64,000 nucleotides of DNA, taken from a virus. Its lineage: Duplodnaviria; Caudoviricetes. Of the stretch, positions 56,933-64,000 are shown one piece after another. The notes under the pieces are model-generated. The model made no database searches, had not been told where the DNA came from, and saw nothing but the letters and a program-made list of their open reading frames with translations. A program made the position numbers and the translations under genes. The stretch lies in the IMG/VR virus record IMGVR_UViG_640753059_000001; one strand, given 5' to 3'. The stretch's first letter is position 1. The number at the start of each line of letters is the position of its first letter.

Positions 56933-58048
56933 ATGGGGGACCCCCGGACGCTCTATGTCAGCCGGCCCCTGCTGAACGGCGCGGAACTGATCGATTGGGC
57001 GAAGGGGCAGGGGTTTACCAAGACGGTCCCCGCCGACGATCTGCATGTGACCATCGCCTACAGCCGCGATCCCGTGGACTGGGCGGCAGCCGGTGACCAC
57101 TTCGACCAGGTGCGGGCCCGGGCTGACGGGCCGCGTTCAGTGGAGCAACTCGGCGACAAGGGCGCGGTCGTGCTGCGGTTCGAGCATGCTGAACTCGCCC
57201 AGCGCTGGCAGGCCTTCCGCGACATTGGGGCGTCCTGGGACCACGACGGGTACCGCCCGCACGTGACGATCACCTACGACGCGGCGGGTGTCGACCTGAG
57301 CAAGGTCCAGCCGTTCAGCGGCGAGCTGGTCTTCGGACCCGAAGAGTTCGCGGAGATCGATGAGGATCGGGCCGACCGGGTCCGGGCGAGTGAGAAGGGG
57401 CGGCGCGCCATGGAGATCAAGAGCTTCGCTCTGGAACTGAAGGAGGTTGGCGACGCCGGCACCTTCACCGGCTACGGGGCAGCGTTCGGCAACGTCGACC
57501 AGGGGCGAGACCTCATCGCGCGCGGAGCCTTCGCGGATAGCCTGTCGGCGTGGCGTTCGAAGGGCAAGTTGCCCAAGCTCCTGTGGCAGCACGACGCGCG
57601 CAAGCCGATCGGCGTGTGGACCGAGATGCGCGAGGACGACTACGGGCTCTTCGTGAAGGGCCGGTTCACCGCCGGCGTGAAGCAGGCGGATGAGGCGTAC
57701 GCGCTGCTCAAGGATGGTGCTCTGGATGGCCTTTCCATCGGCTACGCCACCATCGAGGACGAGATCGACCGGGCCGCAGGGATCCGGAAGCTGGTCAAGC
57801 TCGACCTGATGGAGGTCAGCCTGGTCACCTTCGCGATGAACCCGGCCGCCGGCGTCACCGGCGTGAAGGCGGGCCCGCCGCGCACCATTCGAGAATTCGA
57901 GGCCGGGCTTCGGGAGAAGTTCGGTTTCTCGCACGCCCAGGCGAAGTCGATCGCTTCGTCCGGGTTCAAGTCGCTGGAGCCTCGGGATGAGGACGGCGCG
58001 ATGAACGACCTGCTGCGGACCATCAAGGGCATCCGGGCCGGTCTCTGA
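56933..58048 (+). CDS. 2H phosphoesterase (Acb1-like) fused to HK97 prohead protease
   Basis: HVT motifs 'LHVTIAYS' and 'PHVTITY'; protease 'LLWQH...PIG.W...GLSIGY...EVSLV'. Confidence 0.85.
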   Translation: MGDPRTLYVSRPLLNGAELIDWAKGQGFTKTVPADDLHVTIAYSRDPVDWAAAGDHFDQVRARADGPRSVEQLGDKGAVVLRFEHAELAQRWQAFRDIGASWDHDGYRPHVTITYDAAGVDLSKVQPFSGELVFGPEEFAEIDEDRADRVRASEKGRRAMEIKSFALELKEVGDAGTFTGYGAAFGNVDQGRDLIARGAFADSLSAWRSKGKLPKLLWQHDARKPIGVWTEMREDDYGLFVKGRFTAGVKQADEAYALLKDGALDGLSIGYATIEDEIDRAAGIRKLVKLDLMEVSLVTFAMNPAAGVTGVKAGPPRTIREFEAGLREKFGFSHAQAKSIASSGFKSLEPRDEDGAMNDLLRTIKGIRAGL

Positions 58049-58077
58049 CATCACACCGCCGAAACAGGAGCACCCCT

Positions 58078-59430
58078 ATGGCTGGTGAAAACGACGTGCT
58101 GGAGCAGATCCAGCGCGAGGTGAAGGGCTTTGGCGACAACGTCTCCGGGCTGAAGTCCTCGATGGAGAAGGACCTCGCCGACGTGCGCAAGCTCGCCGAG
58201 GAGGCGAAGAAGTCCGCCGATCGTCCGGAGGTGAAGGCGCAGATCGACGCGCTCACCACCTCCGTTTCCGAGAAGCACGCCGCGATCGAGAAGACCGTCG
58301 CCGAGCTGAAGGCCCAGGCCGACCAGGTCGCGACCGCCATGCGCCGGGCGCCCCTCGGCGATCCCAAGGAGCAGGGCGAGGAGCAGAAGCACGCCCTGGC
58401 CTATTTCGAGACCAAGGCGGCCGCCGCCGGCTCGCTGAAGGTGGGCAGCCCCATCGACCCGGCCGGCCTCGACATGGACGGCTATCGGGCGTGGACCAAG
58501 TCGTTCCCGCTCTACCTGCGCCGGGATGACAAGCCGATCGAGGCGAAGGCCCTCTCCGTGGGCTCCGACCCGAACGGCGGCTATCTCGTGCCGACCGCGA
58601 CCTCGGCGCGGATCCTGACCCGCATCTGGGAGACCTCCCCGCTGCGCCAGCTTTCGACCGTCGAGACGATCGGGACCGACAAGATCGAAATCCCGATCGA
58701 TGACGACGAGGCCTCGGCGGGCTGGGTCGGGGAGACCGAGGGCCGACCGGAGACCGGAACCCCGGCGATCGGCGTCCAGACGATCCCGGTCTTCGAGATC
58801 TATGCGAAGCCCCGGGCGACGCAGTCGATGCTCGAGGATGCCTCGATCAACATCGAGGGATGGCTCGCCACCAAGATCTCGGACAAGTTCGCCCGGATCG
58901 AGGCCTCCGCCTTCATCGTCGGCAACGGGGTCAAGAAGCCCCGCGGCATCCTGACCTATCCGGCTGCGCCGGCCGGAACTTACGCGCGGGGCAAGATCCT
59001 GCAGGTGAACTCCGGTCATGCGACCAACATCACCGCCGACGGCCTCGTGAACATGACCTTCTCGCTGAAGGAGGCCTACCTCGCCAACGGGTCCTGGCTG
59101 ATGAAGCGTGGAACCGTAGGCTCGGTGGCGCTGCTCAAGGATGCTCAGGGCCAGTACCTGTGGCGCCCGGGGCTGGAGGCGGGCAAGCCGTCCATCCTGC
59201 TCGGCTATCCGGTGCGGCAGGCCGACGACATGCCGGTGGTGGGCGCCGGCGCGCTCCCGATCGCCTTCGGTGACTTCCGGGCCGGCTACACCGTCGTGGA
59301 CCGTCTCGGCATCACCACCCTGCGCGACCCCTACAGCGCCAAGCCGTTCGTGGAGTTCTACTCCCGCCGGCGCGTGGGCGGCGACGTGACGAACTTCGAG
59401 GCCTTCGCCCTCATGGTCGTGAGCGCCTGA
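58078..59430 (+). CDS. HK97-fold major capsid protein
   Basis: Coiled-coil delta domain; 'GGYLVP...G.G..KP.GIL...FGDF...R.GG'. Confidence 0.95.
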   Translation: MAGENDVLEQIQREVKGFGDNVSGLKSSMEKDLADVRKLAEEAKKSADRPEVKAQIDALTTSVSEKHAAIEKTVAELKAQADQVATAMRRAPLGDPKEQGEEQKHALAYFETKAAAAGSLKVGSPIDPAGLDMDGYRAWTKSFPLYLRRDDKPIEAKALSVGSDPNGGYLVPTATSARILTRIWETSPLRQLSTVETIGTDKIEIPIDDDEASAGWVGETEGRPETGTPAIGVQTIPVFEIYAKPRATQSMLEDASINIEGWLATKISDKFARIEASAFIVGNGVKKPRGILTYPAAPAGTYARGKILQVNSGHATNITADGLVNMTFSLKEAYLANGSWLMKRGTVGSVALLKDAQGQYLWRPGLEAGKPSILLGYPVRQADDMPVVGAGALPIAFGDFRAGYTVVDRLGITTLRDPYSAKPFVEFYSRRRVGGDVTNFEAFALMVVSA

Positions 59431-59499
59431 TCCTGAGCTGACCGGGGGCCGCCGCGAGCGGCCCTCTCTCTTCATTCCCGCCCGGAGGAGGGCTTCCCA

Positions 59500-59934
59500 A
59501 TGCATGGTCTTCTCAACAACGCCGAAGTGCGGTGGGTCAAGGCGGCCGTCGCCGCGGCGAACAACACCGACACCAACTCGGCCATCATCGACACCCAGGG
59601 CTATGAAAGCGTGATGTTCGTGGTGCCCGTCACCGCGAGCGTCGCGACTGGCGTGGCGAAGATCCAGCTCGAGGAAAACGACGCCAACGCCGATGCCGGC
59701 ATGACTGTGGTCGATGGGGCGGTGGCCTCGGCCGTATCGGGCGCCACCAACGACCTCGCCAGCAAGGTGCTGGTGGTCGAGTATTTCAAGCCCCGGAAGC
59801 GCTACGTGCAGGCGGTCATCACCAGCACGGTGGCCAACATCGCCTTCGGCGAGATGGTCGCGATCCTCGTCCCGCTCCAGCGCCCGGCGCAGCAGGGCTC
59901 CACGGTGCTCGCCAAGGGCTTCGGCCAGAGCTGA
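59500..59934 (+). CDS. Putative capsid decoration protein
   Basis: Directly after MCP; 'IDTQGYESV...KRYV'. Confidence 0.6.
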   Translation: MHGLLNNAEVRWVKAAVAAANNTDTNSAIIDTQGYESVMFVVPVTASVATGVAKIQLEENDANADAGMTVVDGAVASAVSGATNDLASKVLVVEYFKPRKRYVQAVITSTVANIAFGEMVAILVPLQRPAQQGSTVLAKGFGQS

Positions 59935-59989
59935 CCGGATCCGGCGGGGGCTCGCAGGCCCCTGCCGATCGACGAGAGGAGCGTGAGCC

Positions 59990-60499
59990 ATGCGCGGTGT
60001 CGTTCTGAAGCCTTTCCCGTGGCTCGAAGACGGGATCAGGGCCGAGTATCTCTCCGGCGGCGAAGAGCGTGAGTTCGGGCCGCACTTCATGGGGCTGTAC
60101 GCCAGCGGATTTGTGGCGGAGGTCAAGGCGCTGCCGGGCGCCCCCGAGATCCAGGCCTTCGAGGGTGCTCCGGAGAACAAGGCGAGTTCCGCCGAAGGCG
60201 CTGCTGGCACCGAACTCCAGACGGAGCCGGAGGCCGCTGCCGATGGGGCAGCATCGGTGGAGAGCACCTCCATTCCGGCTGATGTCGCTCAAGATCTGGA
60301 CGCCATCGGCCAGGGCGGCGAGGCCGGTCCGGCGGAGGACGCCGAAGGCGCTGCCGGCGCAGAGACCAACGCCGCGGAACTTTCTATCCGCCACGTCGGG
60401 CGCGGCAAGTGGGCGGTCTACCGTGGTGATGAGCGTCTCACCGAGGACGCACTGACCAAGGAAGAGGCTACGGCCAAGCTCGCCGAGATGCAGGGCTGA
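59990..60499 (+). CDS. Acidic low-complexity hypothetical head-region protein
   Basis: GAGGAG RBS; 'APENK' motif. Confidence 0.55.
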   Translation: MRGVVLKPFPWLEDGIRAEYLSGGEEREFGPHFMGLYASGFVAEVKALPGAPEIQAFEGAPENKASSAEGAAGTELQTEPEAAADGAASVESTSIPADVAQDLDAIGQGGEAGPAEDAEGAAGAETNAAELSIRHVGRGKWAVYRGDERLTEDALTKEEATAKLAEMQG

Positions 60500-60503
60500 T
60501 GCG

Positions 60504-61049
60504 ATGCTGATCGTCGAAGACGGCACGGGCATCGCTGGCGCGGAGAGCTATGCCACAGTGGCCGACACCGATGCGTATTGGGCCGCACAGCCGCAGGATG
60601 CGCTGGCGGCGGCTTGGGCGGCGGCAACCGAGGCCAGCAAGGAAGGCGCGCTCCGCGCCGCGTCGGCATATCTGGACGCGATTTACGGGGCATCCTACCG
60701 GGGCATCCGGAAGGGCTGGGAGCAGGGGCTCGAATGGCCCCGCACCGGAGGGCTGGATGCCGCCGGCGACCCGCTCGCCGTCTTGGGGCCGGGGAACGTG
60801 CCGCTCCCCGCCCTGCCGCCGATGCTGAAGAGGGGCGCGGCGGAACTGGCGCCGCGGGCACTCTCGGGCCCCTTGGCACAGGACGCCGACCGCGGCGGCC
60901 GCGTGAAGCGGGAGAAGATCGAAGGCGCGGTCGAGGTCGAATATTTCGACGGTGCCCCGGCCGAAACGAGCTATGGCGTCGTCGCCGGGATTCTCGGCCC
61001 GATCCTCGATGGTTCGCAGGGCGGCCAGGCGACCTGGTACTGGGCATGA
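60504..61049 (+). CDS. Head-tail adaptor (DnaT-like family)
   Basis: 'LIVEDGTG..GAESY...QGLEWPR...VKREK'. Confidence 0.8.
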   Translation: MLIVEDGTGIAGAESYATVADTDAYWAAQPQDALAAAWAAATEASKEGALRAASAYLDAIYGASYRGIRKGWEQGLEWPRTGGLDAAGDPLAVLGPGNVPLPALPPMLKRGAAELAPRALSGPLAQDADRGGRVKREKIEGAVEVEYFDGAPAETSYGVVAGILGPILDGSQGGQATWYWA

Positions 61050-61402
61050 CGATCTACGATCGGGCGCGCCAGACCGCGTCGAAGCTCTTCACCAAGTTCG
61101 GCCAGGGCGTCGTCAGCCTGCAGCGCGACGTGCCGGGCGAGGGCGGCGACGCCTGGAACCCGCCCGTTGCGGTCCCGGTCAACTACGGCCTCAATGCCAC
61201 GGTCAGCGGCGTGACGGCGCGCTATGTGGACGGAACGCTGGTCACGGCGAGCGACCTGATGCTCCGCTGCGCGGTGCCCGAGGTCGAGCCCCTCATCACG
61301 GACCGGATCGTGATCGACGGCACGCCGCGGGTCATCATGAAGATCCAACCCCTCCCCGCAGCCGGCACGCCGGCGGCCTACCTCATCTTCGTGAAGGGCT
61401 GA
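61046..61402 (+). CDS. Head-tail joining protein
   Basis: 'MTIYDRARQTASKLFTKFGQ...YVDGT'. Confidence 0.75.
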   Translation: MTIYDRARQTASKLFTKFGQGVVSLQRDVPGEGGDAWNPPVAVPVNYGLNATVSGVTARYVDGTLVTASDLMLRCAVPEVEPLITDRIVIDGTPRVIMKIQPLPAAGTPAAYLIFVKG

Positions 61403-61403
61403 C

Positions 61404-61829
61404 ATGGCCATTTCACATCCTGAGGCCCAGATCGCCGACGCTCTGATCTGGCACCTGTCGCAGCTCGTGCTGACGCCGGCCCGCCCGATCTCCTATCCCG
61501 GCATGATCTTCTCGCCGACCGTGGGCGTGCCCTACCTGGCCGCCACGCACCTGCCCAACACGACTGGGGCGACGGGCCTTGCCTTCGACTCCGACCGTGA
61601 GTTTCGCGGCCTCTTCCAGGTTTCGGTCTTCTGGCCGGCGAGGAAGGGGATCATCGAGCCCTTCGACCTTGCAGGCGCTTTGGCAGTCCATTTCGCCAGC
61701 GGCACGCGGATCCTGCGGCACGGTCGCGTCGTCGAGGTGAACCGCCCGCCCACGGTCGCGCCGGCAATCGAACAGCCGGATTGGGTGCAGGTGCCGGTCA
61801 CCATCCGTTGGCGCTGCGTCGCGCCTTGA
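61404..61829 (+). CDS. Tail terminator (DUF4128-like)
   Basis: 'GLFQVSVFWP..KG...VPVTIRW'. Confidence 0.75.
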   Translation: MAISHPEAQIADALIWHLSQLVLTPARPISYPGMIFSPTVGVPYLAATHLPNTTGATGLAFDSDREFRGLFQVSVFWPARKGIIEPFDLAGALAVHFASGTRILRHGRVVEVNRPPTVAPAIEQPDWVQVPVTIRWRCVAP

Positions 61830-61885
61830 TATCCCGCCTGCGGACCAGAGCAGGCGCTTCCCTCCACCCAACCAGAGAGGCTCCC

Positions 61886-62227
61886 ATGCCGGCGAACCCG
61901 GGCGAAGTCGAGGTCACCCTCGACGGAAAAGCATTTGTTCTGCGGTCCACATTGAGGGCCGCCAAGGAGGTCAGCGCTTCGGCGGGAGGCTTCATCGGAG
62001 CCTACCAGCGCCTGGCCGCCTTCGACTTCTCGACCTATGTCGCGATCGTCGCGGCCGGCCTCGGCAAGAGATCTTCCGACGTGGAGGATGCGGTCTACGC
62101 AACTGGCATCGCCCCGCTTTCGGCTCCGCTCTCGCGCTTCGTTCAGCTCCTCGCGAACGGCGGTAAGGAGCCCGAGGAGCCGAAGGGGCTCGATGACGAG
62201 GAGGGCACCTCTTCGGGGGAAGCCTGA
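61886..62227 (+). CDS. Tail assembly chaperone (siphovirus/GTA-gp10-like)
   Basis: Ends in GGGGGAA slippery run 62215-62221. Confidence 0.65.
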   Translation: MPANPGEVEVTLDGKAFVLRSTLRAAKEVSASAGGFIGAYQRLAAFDFSTYVAIVAAGLGKRSSDVEDAVYATGIAPLSAPLSRFVQLLANGGKEPEEPKGLDDEEGTSSGEA

Positions 62228-62460
62228 GCCAGTCGGAATACCACGACTGGCTCTTCAAGATCGGTACGGGATGGCTCGGCTGGACTGAGGCCGAAACGCT
62301 CGACGCGTCGATGCAGGGCATCGTCCTCGCCTACGAGGGCCGCCTTGACATGCTGAAGGCGATCTTCGGCGGGGCTGACAAGCCAAAGCCCATCGCAAAC
62401 CTGACCCCGGCGGCCTTCGACGCGGTGTTCGGCACGATGGCTCACGCAAATCGAACCTGA
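62215..62460 (+). CDS. -1 frameshift extension of second tail chaperone
   Basis: -1 frame open to TGA 62458-62460: 'WLFKIGTGWLGWTEAETLDASMQGI..AYEGR'. Confidence 0.7.
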   Translation, partial: GGSLSQSEYHDWLFKIGTGWLGWTEAETLDASMQGIVLAYEGRLDMLKAIFGGADKPKPIANLTPAAFDAVFGTMAHANRT

Positions 62461-62470
62461 GGAAAATCAA

Positions 62471-62962
62471 ATGTCTATCTATGGGATCAGCGGATCGAAG
62501 ATCTACATCGGCGGCGCCAAGGAGCCGGCCAACGGCGCGGACATGATCGCTACCGACTTCACGTCGCAGACCTGGACGGAAATCACGCCCGTCGAAAGCA
62601 TCGGCGCCCTGGGCGATTCCGCGGAGGTCTCCTCGTTCAATGCCATCGGCATCGGCCGGACCCTGAAACGGAAGGGTGTTGCGAATGCCGGCTCCATGCA
62701 GGTGGTCATGGGTTGCGACTATGCCGACGCCGGCCAGCTCGCGCTCCGCGCGGCTGCTATTGCGAAGGGCGCCTATGCCTTCAAGATCGAATTCGCCGAC
62801 AAGCCGGCGACGGGCGCCTCGCCCAAGAACTCGCTTCGCTATTTCACCGCCTTGGTGATGAGCGCGTCGGAGCAGCTCGACGACGCCAACGGCACCCTCA
62901 AGCTCAATTCGACGCTGGAGATCAACTCCAACGTGGTGGTGGTCCACGCCTCGGCGACCTGA
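62471..62962 (+). CDS. Siphovirus major tail tube protein
   Basis: 'GSKIYIG...WTEI...GD...KG..NAG...D.GQ'. Confidence 0.8.
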   Translation: MSIYGISGSKIYIGGAKEPANGADMIATDFTSQTWTEITPVESIGALGDSAEVSSFNAIGIGRTLKRKGVANAGSMQVVMGCDYADAGQLALRAAAIAKGAYAFKIEFADKPATGASPKNSLRYFTALVMSASEQLDDANGTLKLNSTLEINSNVVVVHASAT

Positions 62963-63007
62963 CGAGGGCGGCGTGCGCCGCCGCCTCCCCATCACCGTGT
63001 GATCCGT

Positions 63008-63038
63008 AAAGCCGCCCGTCCATCGTGCGGCTTTTTTC
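63008..63038 (+). terminator. Possible intrinsic terminator
   Basis: AAAGCCGC...GCGGCTTTTTT. Confidence 0.6.
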
Positions 63039-63050
63039 ATGGGAGCTTCC

Positions 63051-64000
63051 ATGGCCGACGATATCGCCCGCCTCGGGCTTGCGATCGATTCCGGGCCGGC
63101 GGCCAAGGCCTCCCAGGAGCTGGACAAGCTCGCCAACTCGTCGAAACGGGCCCAGGCGGCGAACGATGACCTCGCCACTGCTGCGCAAGCGGCCGGCCGC
63201 GGTATCGACCAGATCACGCGGGAGACGAAGGGCGCGCGGGCCGCGCTTGAACAGGCCGCCACGGCGGCACGGTCCGTCGAAGCGGCCGCGGTGGCGCTCG
63301 GCCGCAACGCGATTGCCCCGACCGTGGCCTATGTCCGGGCGATCGACCAGGTCAACAATGCGCTGCGCGTCCAGCAGCAGATCAATCGAACCGTGGGTGT
63401 CAGGCCCCTGGCTGATACGGCCGGCCGGGCCTCGGACATCGCGGCCTTCGGTGATGCACTCGATGACCTGCGGGCGAAATTCAACCCGCTGTTCGCGGCG
63501 GAGCGCCAGCACCGCGAGACCATTGGGGAGATTGCGGAAGCCGCGCGCGTCGGCGCGATCTCGGAGAAGGAGCGGGCGGACGCGATCACCCGGACGACGG
63601 CGGTCTATGAGGCCCAGGTCGCCCAGATCCGCAAGCTTGAAGGCGCGTTGTACAATCAGGCGGCAGCGGCCAAGGCCGCGGCGCAGGCGGCCGTGTCGCG
63701 CCAGACCGTCATGCCCGACCGTGGGGCCGATGTTGCAGCCTATGGCTCTGAACTCGATCGGCTGCGCGCCAAGTACAATCCGCTCTATGCCGCCGGCCAG
63801 CAGTACCGCCAAACCCTGTTGGAGATCAGTGAAGCGGCGAAGGTGGGCGCGATCAGCGAGCGCGAACGCGTAGCAGCGTTGGACCGGACGAAGACGGCAT
63901 TCGCGCAACACGTCGTGAGCCTGAATGGAGTGGCTAAAGGGGCTGGGCTTGCCGGCTACCAGATGATGAATCTGTCTCGGCAGATGAACGACGTCGCCAC
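63051..64000 (+). CDS. Siphovirus tape measure protein (3'-truncated)
   Basis: GGGAG RBS; MADDIARLGLAIDS..., repeated 'LRAK(F/Y)NPL(F/Y)AA', 'NLSRQMNDV'; open to window end. Confidence 0.85.
   Translation, partial: MADDIARLGLAIDSGPAAKASQELDKLANSSKRAQAANDDLATAAQAAGRGIDQITRETKGARAALEQAATAARSVEAAAVALGRNAIAPTVAYVRAIDQVNNALRVQQQINRTVGVRPLADTAGRASDIAAFGDALDDLRAKFNPLFAAERQHRETIGEIAEAARVGAISEKERADAITRTTAVYEAQVAQIRKLEGALYNQAAAAKAAAQAAVSRQTVMPDRGADVAAYGSELDRLRAKYNPLYAAGQQYRQTLLEISEAAKVGAISERERVAALDRTKTAFAQHVVSLNGVAKGAGLAGYQMMNLSRQMNDVA

Larger units (their letters stand above)
1..64000. mobile_element. Temperate phage/prophage DNA, possibly two fused or tandem phages (myovirus tail module left, siphovirus head-tail module right)
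   Basis: Continuous phage gene content: tail, lysis, recombination, cI/cro, replication, terminase, portal, capsid; no host housekeeping genes. Confidence 0.95.

Noticed and set aside
52662-60273. Long antisense ORFs (52662-54350, 54797-56107, 58051-60273)
   Set aside because: Shadows of GC3-biased portal, MuF and capsid genes

Overview
The whole 64 kb window is temperate phage DNA, GC-rich and probably from an alphaproteobacterial host (inferred from GapR-, GcrA- and DnaA-C-like genes). Layout: (1) 1-19.9 kb is a contractile (myovirus, DUF3383-sheath type) tail/baseplate/fibre module, with two paralogous tape-measure genes and an inserted antirepressor/moron cassette. (2) 19.9-24.9 kb holds lysis and late accessory genes. 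(3) 24.9-38.7 kb is a leftward early operon (Erf/YqaJ recombination, HNH genes, a 45x12-bp repeat protein). (4) 38.7-39.8 kb is a lambda-like cI/cro switch with five palindromic operators. (5) 39.8-50.0 kb is a rightward early/replication operon with two DNA methyltransferases and an iteron origin. (6) About 50.1-50.95 kb is a non-coding, very highly structured region punctuated by identical UUCG hairpins; this is the best candidate for an undescribed large ncRNA or ncRNA array. (7) 51-64 kb encodes terminases, an HK97-type head (MuF-ADP-ribosyltransferase fusion, 2H-phosphoesterase/prohead-protease fusion) and the start of a second, non-contractile (siphovirus) tail. No integrase, tRNA, CRISPR array or reverse transcriptase was seen. 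All family assignments are from motif recognition and synteny by eye, not database searches.
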